Shown piece by piece: positions 25,473 to 37,519 of a stretch of DNA of 64,000 nucleotides (within the stretch, counting starts at the first letter, position 1; each line of letters starts with the position of its first letter). Under the pieces are notes generated by a model. The model had not been told where the DNA came from, ran no database searches, and was given only the letters and a program-made list of their open reading frames with translations. Location of the stretch: the NCBI GenBank assembly GCA_013239625.1, contig MU054212.1:992001-1056000 (forward strand). Direction: 5' to 3'. This stretch comes from Lama guanicoe. Its lineage: Eukaryota. The position numbers and the translations under genes are program-made.

Positions 25473-25629
25473 GTACGGGTCTGACTGTGCTCTTGGTTAA
25501 TCTGACCTGCACTCACCAAGCTTTCATTGTATGCGTTGCTGAACCCCATTTTTAGTATTTTGGCTTTGATTTCTTCCCTCTTCTCATAAACTTTTATGTG
25601 ACTTTATCATCTAATTTATTTTTAAACAG

Positions 25630-25792
25630 AATTTATCAGTTTGCAAGGCTTAATTACACCCGAAAAGCCACTTCCAGTAAACCAGAAACACCTCAATTCC
25701 ATGACATCGATAGTGGAAATAGCAACACACTCCTCAATTTGGATCCTGAAAATGTTGTATTTTATGTTGGAGGTTACCCATCTGATTTTAGA
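25630..25792 (+). CDS. LAMA3: Laminin alpha-3 exon 19 in window (LG1)
   Basis: aacag|AATTT...TTTAGA|gtaag; IYQFARLNYTRKATSSKPETPQ...NVVFYVGGYPSDFR. Confidence 0.95.
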
Positions 25793-26200
25793 GTAAGTGT
25801 AAATGTTATTTACATTTTAATTTAACATGATGATATTTTAAACAATTATGTATAAAATGGATTTAACTATGTATTCTTAAGGCACATGCAGTGCTAATAG
25901 CTAATACTCACTGAGTACTTCTCTGTGCAGTGATCAAGGCTTAAGTATGTTAATTGAAAAAAGCATCATTATCATTCTTGCTTCACAGACAAGGAACCTG
26001 AGCAGACAGTTTGAGTAACTTGCCCAAGATCAGACGGCTGAAAAACAGCAAAGCCAGAGCATCTGGCTCCAGGGTCCACAAACTTAACCCCTGTGCTATG
26101 TTAATGGTTGAAAGTGACAGAGTTACACTGTTTCTTGGTCAATCTGAGCATTGTCCTTTGTTCAGTTAGTAGAAGATTTTTTGTTTCTTTTTTTTTCCAG

Positions 26201-26334
26201 CTTCCTAGTAGACTGAGATTCCCTCCGTACAAAGGTTGTATTGAGTTAGATGACCTCAATGAAAATGTTCTGAGCTTGTACAACTTCAGAACAACTTTCA
26301 ATCTCAACACAACAGAAGTGGAGCCTTGTAGAAG
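26201..26334 (+). CDS. LAMA3: Laminin alpha-3 exon 20 in window (LG1 end)
   Basis: ttccag|CTTCCT...AGAAG|gtaaa; LPSRLRFPPYKGCIELDDLNENVLSLYNFRTTFNLNTTEVEPCR. Confidence 0.95.
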
Positions 26335-27147
26335 GTAAATAAAACCTAGAAGCTGGTGTCCCTCTGTGATCTTGGTAACTTGCAGTCATATTACGTAAAA
26401 TACAGGAACGAGCCAGTGAGATGCTGTTAATGTCGCTGATTGCTTTGGGCCGTAATTTTTAAACTCTGCTTGCATGCAGCAGTGCTAGCCCACCTCGAAA
26501 ATCTAATACGTAAGTCTTTTCGTTATTTATATAAAATAGTAGATTGATAGAATTTCCTTGGTTTTGAAAAAAATAAACCTTTCTTCAATTTTTGGTGCCT
26601 CCTACCACAAAATAGTCAGCATTTTTGGTACCTGATTTAGGCACAAGCTATTTATTTACTGTAAATTTAAAAAAAAAAGTGGTTCATAAAGTACAGCATG
26701 ACTTTTAGGTACTCTGACAACTGAACCTATTTGAGAATTGCTGCACTGAGCTCCTGACCTATCCTTTAGTTAAAAAGATTTGGAATAGTCTCGTATGAGA
26801 CAGACTGAGTATTTATTACTCAGAATAAAATTCTTTTTCAAATTAATAGCTTCTTGCATTTCAAGATCTTCAGCTGCTGGGCCACACCTTCCTAAGTAAA
26901 CATTTCCAAAAGGGGCTTGGAAGAGCATCTTTGTTGAGTAGGATTGGATTACTGTAGAGGGTAAAAGCACGTCCAGGAGAAATAGCCAGCTGTTTTTACA
27001 TTTTAAAGATATTTTCTCTTCTCTAACAAAATCCTGACAACTAGATTGCAGAGGCTTTGCTCCCTTTTTCACCTCTTATTAATAAGCACACTCTCCTGGG
27101 GGCTCCTCGGCTGCTGTGTTCTAACTTACGGTGATTGGTGTTGACAG

Positions 27148-27292
27148 GAGAAAGGAAGAGTCGGACAAAAATTATTTCGAAGGTACAGGCTATGCTCGGG
27201 TTCCGACTCAACCAAATGCTCCCTTCCCAATCTTCGGACAGACGATTCAGACCACTGTGGACAGAGGTCTGCTGTTCTTTGCAGAAAACCAG
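27148..27292 (+). CDS. LAMA3: Laminin alpha-3 exon 21 in window (LG2)
   Basis: gacag|GAGA...AACCAG|gtaat; RKEESDKNYFEGTGYARVPTQPNAPFPIFGQTIQTTVDRGLLFFAENQ. Confidence 0.95.
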
Positions 27293-27808
27293 GTAATCTT
27301 CAAAGATGCTTCAAATATGTGCATTTATTTGAGCAATTTGAGGGTAACTGGGTTATTATAAACAACCAACAGATCTGAAAAACAACATGCAAATGTTACC
27401 TGCATCCTTCCCCTCGGCCCAGTTCTACTTTCTTTGGTTCTGAGAATATGTTTTAATAAGGCAGATAATTCAGAATTTGAGAAGATGCCACCAAAATGTG
27501 GGAGAAATCACCCTTTTCCCGTTCTGTTTGTATTGCCAGTTTTATTCTTTGAAAACTATTATTTGCCTAATCATCTACTTATTCTGCCTAAAAAATCCTC
27601 CTGAGATCTCCAAAAACTAGACTGTGTCACCGCCTGCTGTTTCCATATTGATCTGACTCTTGCCAGAGTGTGCAGGATTGCATCTTTATCAGCCTGACAC
27701 TTAACTTTTCAAGACATGGAAGCTACTCTGTTTTCAAGCAACTGAGGTTCCTAGAGACGGTTCTCACTGGCTTAGAATAAACCAAAGTGACCCTCTTCGA
27801 GTGATCGT

Positions 27809-27826
27809 CAGCGCCATCTGCTGGTC
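27809..27826 (-). promoter_or_regulatory. Candidate CTCF binding motif
   Basis: Reverse complement GACCAGCAGATGGCGCTG matches the CTCF core CCASYAGRKGGCRS. Confidence 0.55.
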
Positions 27827-29109
27827 GGTGGGCTTGACGTTGACCTCCCCAGAAAATAGGTGCTTCTGTAGTTTGTGGAGGAACGTGGCTCAGTCCGTGA
27901 GATCTCCAGTCTGAGAATGTGGGATTGACAGGGAGCGTGGGGTTTTACCAGACCCTTCTCCCTGCAGGGTAGGGTCACAGACCTGCTCCAACTCTCCTTC
28001 CTAGGGTTGGCCTGGACCCTTTGGGAGATTCCAAGGCTGGACCTGTTCTGATGGTTTGGAGTTTCCAGCCTGCCTGAAAAACACAGACTGCTGAGAGGTC
28101 ACACAGCATCTTCAGGGCAAGGCAGTTGTTTTCCAAAATGAAATCTTCTTTGTGCTATATTTTGAAGTTCTTGGAGACTAAAAACCAGAAATACTGCTTA
28201 TATTAGAAGAAAATTACAAAATGGTTACGTTAGTAACCAGAGAAAGTTATCTAGGGTGCAGCTGTTAAATAGGATGAGTCATTACTGTCAATGAGTTGAT
28301 GTTTTTCTGTTGTTTATGAGTGTAATGAACCATCACTGGCTTCAAAGAGCAAGGTTTCAGATCCAGGTAAGGACTGATTTTCCTCTTAGGTAAGGACTCT
28401 GGCAGTAGACTTCGAAGAGAAGTCTTCTTGTCATTGAGAAACTGGGCAAATCTTCAAGTCCTACTGCAGGAATTCCTCCGCTTACCTTTCCTCTAAGGAA
28501 ATGGCTGGTTCAGGGATGTGCCCTACAACATGACGGGGATGCAGTAATGGCTCCTAGTCGGTTGGTGACTGGCTCAGCAAGGTGATTAGTGATCAGAGAG
28601 AGAAAGGAGAGAGAGCAATGAAGGGTGAAGAGACCGGCTTGGCAGCAGGTGGGAGTCATGTAGACTGTAAGCTCTGTAAGCGATGTTCTGAATTTGAGAT
28701 ATCTGTGAGTCATGCAAGCAATAGGAATAATGCAACCAGATGTACAGATCCAGCCCCAGAAAGACAGGTCTAGGCTGGAGAAAAGTGTTTGGGCTTCATG
28801 GGCACACCTAAATTAGAGCCACAGAAGTAACTGTGATTGCCGAGGCGAAGAGAGTGGTGGGAGGGAAGAGGCCCTATCTGGGATCCCCATGCAACAGGTA
28901 AATGGATGGACCACCCAATAAGACGAAGACATAGGGACAGGTCAGAAAACAGGTGGTGGAAAATGTCTGGGGTTTGAGGAAGACCATACCTCTCTCTAAA
29001 AGGTAGCAGCCATATTTTCAAATGAAAGTAATGATCTGTGTCTTTTCAGTTTCCATTTTTGCATGCTGATTATAGATTGTTATAAAACAAAGTCATGACA
29101 ATAGCTAGC

Positions 29110-29534
29110 CTTTTTTTTTATTGAAGTAGAGCTGATTTACAATGTTGTGTTAGTTTCTGATGTACAGCAAAGTGATTCAATTATACATATGCATATATAT
29201 TCTTTTTCATTATAGGTTATTACGAGATATTGAATATAGTTCCCTGTGCTATACACTAGGTCCTTGTTTATCTATTTTATATAGAGTAGTGTGTATATGT
29301 TAATCCCGAACTCCCAATTTATCCCTCCCCCTGCCCCTTTCCCCTTTTGTAACCATAGTTTGTTTTCTATGTCTATGAGTCTATTTCTGGTTTGTAAACG
29401 TTCATTTGTATACATTTTTTTAGATTCCACACATAAGTGATAGCATATGGTACTTGTCCTCCTCTAAGTGAAGAAATTAAGTGAAGTGACTTAATTCATA
29501 TAATATGATGATCTCTAGGTCCATCCATGTTGAC
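29110..29534 (-). mobile_element. 5'-truncated L1 3' end inserted into a MIR, with 8-bp TSD
   Basis: Poly(T) then attgaagtagagctgatttacaatgttg...tagattccacacataagtgata; TAGCTAGC at 29102-29109 and 29535-29542. Confidence 0.8.
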
Positions 29535-29769
29535 TAGCTAGCATGTATTGTTTCCTTCCTGTGTGCCAACCACTGTGTATGACGTTCACCAGGGTTGACA
29601 AGATTTAACCATCATCCCATCCCAGGAGTCGGCTATTACAGCACTGGTGTCCCTTTTAACTAAGGAGGCGGCTGAAGCTGAGAGCACTCCGGATGTGGGA
29701 GTGTCTTGACCGCTAGCGTTCTGGCTCTCCCTGAGTCTACTGGTAATCTGCATTGTTTCCCTGTCCTAG

Positions 29770-29889
29770 GATCGCTTCATATCTCTAAATATAGAAGACG
29801 GCAGCCTCATGGTCCGATACAAGCTGAATTCAGAGCCACCAAAAGAAAAAGGAATTAGAAACATCATAAATGACGGGAAGGATCATTCG
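29770..29889 (+). CDS. LAMA3: Laminin alpha-3 exon 22 in window (LG2)
   Basis: cctag|GATCGC...CATTCG|gtata; DRFISLNIEDGSLMVRYKLNSEPPKEKGIRNIINDGKDHS. Confidence 0.95.
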
Positions 29890-30278
29890 GTATATCCTTT
29901 TGAGTCTGTTTGCTTGAACTGTTAAATGTCCTTGGTCCTTTAAAATTAAGTCCATGCCCAGAACACTTTTCTATTACCAGATGAACTTAAAGTTATTAAC
30001 TGAGAGACCTGTCCTTTTAAAATTTGAACATTTGGGCATGAAACAGATGACCTCTCTATGACATAGATAAAACGTGCTTAATCCAAATGCAAACATTCCT
30101 ATTAACATGTTTTAGTATTGTAATTTTACTCAAATGTGCTACTACTCAGAAGTCCATGTATATATACCATGTATATAAATGAATCTGAAGAAAGTTGAAA
30201 ACATAATAGCTTTGAACCACTGTGAATAGGATTCTTTTAGTTCTCATTGTTTGCTGATTCACCTCTCATTTATTTCAG

Positions 30279-30412
30279 ATTCAGATCAAAATTGGAAAAA
30301 CCCAAAAACTTACGTGGATAAATGTGGGTTCTCAAAAGGTTAAAATTGAAGGTGAAATATTTGATTTCAGCACATATTATCTGGGAGGAATTCCAATTTC
30401 AATCAGGGAAAG
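30279..30412 (+). CDS. LAMA3: Laminin alpha-3 exon 23 in window (LG2)
   Basis: ttcag|ATTCAG...GAAAG|gtaag; IQIKIGKTQKLTWINVGSQKVKIEGEIFDFSTYYLGGIPISIRE. Confidence 0.93.
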
Positions 30413-31599
30413 GTAAGATGATTTTTTTTAAAAGAAGCAGGTCACCTCTCTTCATATTTATGGTTGCCACTGATTAGTCTACCTTTATAAATTCCAGCGA
30501 AAAACAAACACAAAAAGTTAACGTTTCAGTATTAACGGTGTTAGCCAACAGGGCAAAGCTGGCTGTGAACACTGTGTAATGGGACTGGCCACTTAAAGAG
30601 GCAGGGGGAGGGAGGGAGGGAACTGTGCCACCCCCACTGCCATTCCTAGAAGGAGAGAAACCAAAAGGAATAAACTTGGTGTTGACAACGCTGCCAGTAA
30701 GAACAGAGGCTGTGGCCTGGGGTCCTTGAAGGCACAGAGGAGAGCACAGGTGGTCCCTTGTCCTGACCGGTGTCCCAGGGCTCTTCGGGAAGTAGCTCCT
30801 AGGCTGTAGGGCACATCTCTGCTGCCTGCCCCCTTTCATGTCCTCCAACACAGAATAGGTGCATAACTGTTTCTCTGATTAATGAATACATGAATGCATT
30901 AAATTAATTCAAATGAAGTAAAGCTTAATCAGAATGACGGGGAAAAAACCCCACCACTTTGAGGATATACTATAAGTAGAATACCTCTAACAGATCCAGG
31001 TAAGAACTGGTTTTCTTCTTTGTTCATTTGTTTGCACCATCCGAAAAGGCTTTTAGACGGCTGACAGCAACGTGCGGGAAGAAGGCTCCCTGGAAGGGTT
31101 AGTGCAGCCTCATGACTAAGCCAAGAGCGCTCCCAACACATTCGGTGATGATGGCTTCCATATGAGATCTGAGGCTAGTTAACTCTTTTCCTGATTTAGT
31201 TGGAAGGAGCACTCGATGTGATGTATAAGGTGGGGTGCGAAGGTGTTCTTTCTTCTCCGTTCCTTATACATTTGGCAGCTGTCCGTCATTAGTAAGGAGG
31301 CAGTAATCTTTCTTCTAAAGTTGTCAGAGTTGTCCCCAAAGACAAAACTGCAGGTGAGGAAGCTCAGCACTTTAATAGAGTTTGGGAGTAAATGTCATTA
31401 CTCCTTAGAGTCTTTGGACTGGAAGGGACCTTGTGGATCATAGTATGTAACCTTTGAATTTCAGTGAAGAAATTGAGAGCCAATGAGGTCATATTACTGT
31501 TTAATACCATCAGTGTTAAATATGGCCAGTTATGAATGGTCAATCATCTTGGCTTCATTCAATTAAACATAACAAAATAGAGTAACCGTTGCACACATC

Positions 31600-32440
31600 T
31601 GAGGCTCTTATTTATTCCTTACACAAGCACTCACTGAGTGTCTGGTGACATCAGGCAGTGTGGTCGGTATTGGGATGACAATGACAAACAGGGCAGAGCC
31701 TCAAGTATAGTGGAAGGGAGATTAGTAGAATGTGGCCAGTGCCATCAGAGGGGAACCTCCAGCTGCTGGGGCCCCGGGGAGGGAATCTGACCAGCTGGGG
31801 CGTCGGGAAAGTAGTCTCTGGCTAGACCTGAAAGATGCTGGCAGCCAGCGTGTGTGAAGAGACAAGAACCAGAGAAAGTGTGAACTTGCAAAGGACACCC
31901 CTGGTGTGGGAAGCAGGGACCAGACCACAGAGGATCTTGAAAGTCATAGTAAGGAATCTTTGGGGGACTTGAGCAGAGAAAGGACATAATCAGATCTGGG
32001 TTTCCAGTAGCTCACTCTGGTGCAGGGCAGAGATTGGATTAAGCGGGGAAAGGGCAGAGGCAGGTCAAGAGGTTGCAAGATGCGTGTATTAACACAGGTG
32101 AGAGAGGGGTGGCCTGACCAGGGAAATGGCAGCACAGGTCAGGAAAAGGGCATGGATTCCCAATATATTTAGGGCAGCGAATGGGCAGGACTGAATGGTT
32201 GCTTCGGTTTGAGTAAAAGAGAAAAGCGCTCAAGGACACCTGGGTTTTGATCCAGCGTGTAGAGAGATGGCTGGCACCAGCAGAGGAACAAGGTGACGAG
32301 TTTGCTCCGAGACCGGCTGAGTCCCAGGAGCCCAAGAGACAGCAGATGGAGATGCCCGGAGGGGTTGGACAGAAGACCTGGGCTGGAGAAGGGTGAACAA
32401 AGCTCAGGGACAGGTGGGCTCCCCCAGAGCAGTGAGGAGT
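31600..32440 (-). mobile_element. L2 LINE fragment
   Basis: aagcactcactgagtgtc...gagcagagaaaggacataatcagatctgggttt...gtcaagaggttgc; L2-like, approximate boundaries. Confidence 0.55.
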
Positions 32441-35400
32441 CCTCAGAGGTAATCCAGAAGCCACTGGTTGGTGGTTTGCATCTGCGTGGTGTCAGCAGAA
32501 GGCACACAGTGCCGTGAACGCCAGCCCAGCAAGATTTACTAGGAAGGGTAGTGGGTGAGGTCAAAAGAAATGGTTCTCATTTTGGCCCAGCCACCAAGGA
32601 GCGGGGTGACCTTGGATTAAGTCGGCACACAGCTCTTCCTTGCCTCTTCATCTCTGTCCAGTAAAGAAACACACATGTGGCTATTATTAGACACCTTTGT
32701 ACTGACAGACATATACAGTCTTCCTGGTAATCTGTTTCGGGGTCTTCCAAACAAGGGACTGCTTCCTTTTTCTGGGCAAGTTTATACTTTGATTTTTGAT
32801 TAAAACCACAAGGGTATGGAAAATGTGGGAGGTAGAGGCCAGTTAGAAGGTTGCACTGATCTTTTATTTCCTCACAAGTGAAATGCTAGGCAACACTAGC
32901 TGTTTCTGGCCCTGCTTTATCCTTCTGGTGCCGTCCCCAATGGTCCAGACAGTCCGGAGACACCGCCCCCCTGACATGGGTCACTGGAGGAGGGGTGAGT
33001 CACAGAGCAGCTCTCCCGATGACCCATAGCTGAGCTCGGGAGGGAAAGCACTTCCTTCCAAGGAGGGAGGCCCTCTGACCTCTTAATAGAAGTCAGTGAG
33101 GGCTTAAACCTAACGTGGAGAGCAGCAAGCCTCGTGTAATCTCTAAGTAAAGTAGCTGTGACACAGGATTTTGTGGGTGTTGTGTTTTCTCCTCTCTCAC
33201 TGTAGCATATCTTCTGGGAAGGGGGCCCCAGATCCTGGCATGACTTGTTTAGGATTATAGTCAGAAGTCACAATCTGCTAATCCCATCTGCTTCTCTGGG
33301 GAAGAGCAGGTCATCCCCAATAATGCCAGAGGGTCTCAGACCAGCAGGAAATGTTTCCTGAGGACCTACATCACTGCGTCACAGAGTATTACTAGAACAT
33401 TAAGATGAAAATAATTCAGAAAGTCAAAATCAGGCAAGAATCCGTTGGGCAGTTACTGAGTTCAGGATCACGTCTTGCTCTTACTGTTCTCTGGAATCTG
33501 CCTGCAGCAGGTTGGACCTGGCTAAGGCTTTGTGGACAGATTGTGAACAGTGTGTGTTCAGACCCCAGGGCACTAACCCACTAATGCCGCAGCTTACACC
33601 CCTCCGCGATCACGTTCCTCTGACAAGTGTGCTCAGACCCCCGAATCCTGGAGTAGACATGGAACTCTTGGCCCTCAGATGAGTCAGGGTAACAAGAACA
33701 CCCCAAAGAATAGTGGAAATAAACCTTCCATCTTAACGTCTCTGCCGTGGATATCTGGTCTGTAGCAAAGAGTCATGATCATTGCAAGTGCTCCAGGTGC
33801 ACAACTGTGTATGTGTAACGAGTAAGGGCTTCAAGTCACACTGGCTAGTGCGACACACTGAGCCTGCAGATCCCAGTGCTGCCACTTCCCCATGGGTGAC
33901 CTCATGCAAGTCACTTCATTGTCCCAACTCTCCTCGTAACATGGGCTTAGGGACGGCCTAACTCTTAGAGTGGTTGTGAGATTCAGAGTAGAGGAGTTAA
34001 CGTGCTAGCATGTAACACGTGTCAATAATGCTACATAAGAAAACGTCTCCCTCGAAAGGTCATTGTGAGGATCGGATAATAGCACCTGCACAGAACAGGT
34101 GCCCCATGTCGGTTGGCTGCCTTTCTTTCCTCTTTACTTTTTTTTTTTTTTAGATTTCTGCTTAGTTTTTATTTTATTGATGTATGTATATCCGTAGACT
34201 CAACTCCTAGTTTGAATTTTAAGACTTTACATTAAACTCAATAGGTAACAATTATCCATCATTCTGTGTTGTTTTCTTATATCCATTGACCTGGTCCATC
34301 TCCCTCCCCTTTACTTTTCTGCCACCTTCTTCTTCCTTCAACCTGTATTTTATGGAAAGAAGGACATCAGGAGATGTTAATGGGTCTAAAACATGTTGAA
34401 ACCCAAGAGAAGATGGATCTGAATATACGTTTAAGTAGACAAGCTCCTGGAATAGACAGGAACTTTCCCCTCTTCTGAGGCAAAAAAGGCAACTTTATAA
34501 AATAAACTCACACTGCAGTGCTAGTGGGGATTCATTTCTTCCTTTTCCTTTTAATGAAATTTAATTTTATGCTTATTACATCTCTCTCAGTTGTTTATAA
34601 TGAACTGAATAAAAATAAGGCCTTCCCGTTTAAAAAAGTGGGCTGCATTAGGGATCTATATTGAAGTCAGTTTTGTGTTTTTCTCAGTATGTCGTTTGCT
34701 TAAGAAACACAAATTTTGCCTGGACTTCAGTCATTTCACGTGTATTAATATTTTACATGAAGTCAGCTCCAAGCAGATCCCAAAGTCAAATCAAAGAGGA
34801 AATGCCAAGGCAGCCACATAGGAAGAGCGGCTTTAGGAATTGCTTCCTGGTACTGACGCACTCATACGGGGACGTTACTGACTCCGCCATCCCACAGGGA
34901 GTCCCTGCTCTGTACCAGGCACCATTCGAGTGCTTGTTACACGTATTATCTCATTTAAACTCACGGCAACCCTGGGAGACAGATGAACACCCTCCCACTG
35001 TAAAAACGAGGAAGCAGAAGCACAGAGGAGGCAGCAGGGACAGGACTGGAACCCAGGCTGTCCGGCTTCAGAGCCCGGAGCTCCAGAGCAGCACCACCTG
35101 CCTCACAGAGTCTCCTCCTGAGTGTCCGGGACCACGTGCCGCGGAGGGCTCCAAGCACTCCCTGGATGTAAACTTGTTTAATCCTCTTGCCCAGCTACCT
35201 CTTGCCCAGGTTGCACAATTAGGAGGTAGTAGACACCAGACAGTGCTTTCCATGGCTCCAGCTTGACATTGATTAAATACTAAGCCACATTTTTCATAAT
35301 TGTCTAGAACCAGAAAGTAACAATGTGTTTCTTCTGAGTTTACAGTGGCTAGCCTAAAAAGTGGATAGGAAAAAAGGAGCAAGAAGTTTTCTAGAGCATT

Positions 35401-35814
35401 TCTGGCTCTAATAAATTATTTATGTATTATGCTTTTAATATATATTTATATGACGTTTATAGTATATTAATTTCTTAACATGCTTTTAATTCACAATGCA
35501 CTATCATGACTCCAGGAGGACGGTGGGACAAATTCCAGATACTGTACGTCTTTTATGTCTCTGTACCTTTTGGTTATTCTTCTATTAACATTATTGTGTT
35601 TAAAGCTGAGAATGCAAATCACGCAGAAAAGAAGTGGATTTTCCCAGCAGCACAATAGAAGTAGCATTATAGAAATCCTATGAGGACAGATAACCATAAA
35701 ACACGTACTTATTTATGGGTGAGAAGTAGTAGGGAGGGAGTGCAGTGTTGCAGCTCCAATTCCCAGTCAAGCCTGCTTTGGTACACCTCTTCCTTTTTTT
35801 GAATCCCAAATCAG

Positions 35815-35932
35815 GTTTAATATCTCTACACCTGCTTTCCAAGGCTGCATGAAAAACCTGAAGAAAACCAGTGGTGTCGTTAGATTGAATGATACTGTTG
35901 GAGTAACAAAGAAGTGCTCGGAAGACTGGACG
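35815..35932 (+). CDS. LAMA3: Laminin alpha-3 exon 24 in window (LG2 end)
   Basis: atcag|GTTT...TGGACG|gtaag; FNISTPAFQGCMKNLKKTSGVVRLNDTVGVTKKCSEDWT. Confidence 0.95.
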
Positions 35933-36289
35933 GTAAGTGAGGAGTTCAAAAACCTTGCAAAGGAACCTCCCGGACTAACCGATTCGTTAAGACGTCAACT
36001 TCTGACTTGCTTTGGTAGCACGCAGCGTGATGGCAGACTGGCTCAGGTGTCACACTCGCCTTGGACTTGCAAAGCCTTTTCAGGTTTGCGTATTAAATTT
36101 GTGGGAAAGTAGGAATACCAGCTCTCCACACAAGAACTTACAAATGATTGGCAAATTATCATGCAGCAAAGCAAACTGTTTCTTCCCGAGGCTACATAAA
36201 TTACAGTTCAGGCGAAGTGATACAAGTTAAGGTGCACTTCAGCCATGACATGATTGCAGTGCCTGTAATTTATTCCGTTTGCATTTCAG

Positions 36290-36430
36290 CTCGTGCGGTC
36301 TGCCTCATTCTCCAGGGGAGGACAGCTGAGTTTCACCAATTTGGACTTCCCATCGCCCAGCCACTTCCAGGCCTCCTTTGGGTTTCAGACCTTTCAACCC
36401 AGTGGCATCTTACTAAATCATCAGACAGGG
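36290..36430 (+). CDS. LAMA3: Laminin alpha-3 exon 25 in window (LG3)
   Basis: ttcag|CTCGTG...ACAGGG|gtatg; LVRSASFSRGGQLSFTNLDFPSPSHFQASFGFQTFQPSGILLNHQTG. Confidence 0.95.
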
Positions 36431-37519
36431 GTATGAAATATTGCATGAATATTGAACAAGACTTAAACCTGACTCAGAGTTTGTTGTCAAAAACCATAGA
36501 GGGATTTTGAAGGTAAATTCGTTGGGCATCTTACCCATCATGACACAGTAAATGCTATTGTGTATTTCAGCCATGGAAGCTACTCCCCATCCTGGGGTGG
36601 GTCCTAAAAGAAATCAGGCTTAGAAAATACATTATAGTCCACAGAATTGAATTTGTATGTATTCATGGACTCATTTTCATTCTTTTTTAGGTATATGTTG
36701 TGAGTGAAGGTGAATTAGAACTGTTATAAGTAGTAATGTAGCTTAAATTTTTAGATCTAAGAAAAAAATCAGAAGGTATCCCTGTTACTCCTTTTTGATT
36801 CCACACCAGATAGCTATTCAGATTCCTTTTTTTTTTTTTTGCAGCATATAGTTGGACAATATTTACATCAGAGAATGGGAGAAAGTAAGGTCCTTTGCTC
36901 TTCGTTCACGTACAACAAGCCACGGAGAGTCTATAACTTAAGAGGATTTAGCTAGTGTGGTGATATAGACGTGAGAATGTAAAAATCAACTAATACTTAC
37001 AAATCACCTGGTGGAACAAATGGGATTTGTAATAGAAGTAGGAAGCTGTCCTTCTTGGGTCTGTTTCTTCACAATTGTCAGCATGCAGACATCTAGTGTT
37101 TGTTGAGAGAAAGCTGCCTCTTTCTTGTAGTAAATTCCTCTCCCCTGGCTACCTTTGTTCATCAGCCATTAGAGATCATTTTTTACAAAAACAAAACCAA
37201 AAAAAAAGCAAAAAACAAAAAAACAAACCAAATACCCTAAGGAAGCACATGTCGACATTTAGATTGTGAGAGTGTTTTTTTTCCATCAAAGCAGGATGTT
37301 TTGACCTAGCTCTTTTGATACACAATCCTTGTTTCCTCTGCCAGGGGTAGGAACACTTAGCACACAGTGTACAAAATGATCCAAAACAGGAGGAAAAGTT
37401 GGCTGAGAAAATGATGAGCTCAGTCCTGGACAATGCAGGAACCCCACAAGTGCCCCGGCAGCACTGCCCTCAACTTCACACTGGCTCAGCGTGGCCATGG
37501 CCACCAGGCCGCAGCCGCC

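Noticed and set aside
34661..35266. Longest ORF in the track (201 aa, + strand)
   Set aside because: Non-ATG start, overlaps MIR-like sequence, no recognisable domain or exon structure; chance intronic ORF
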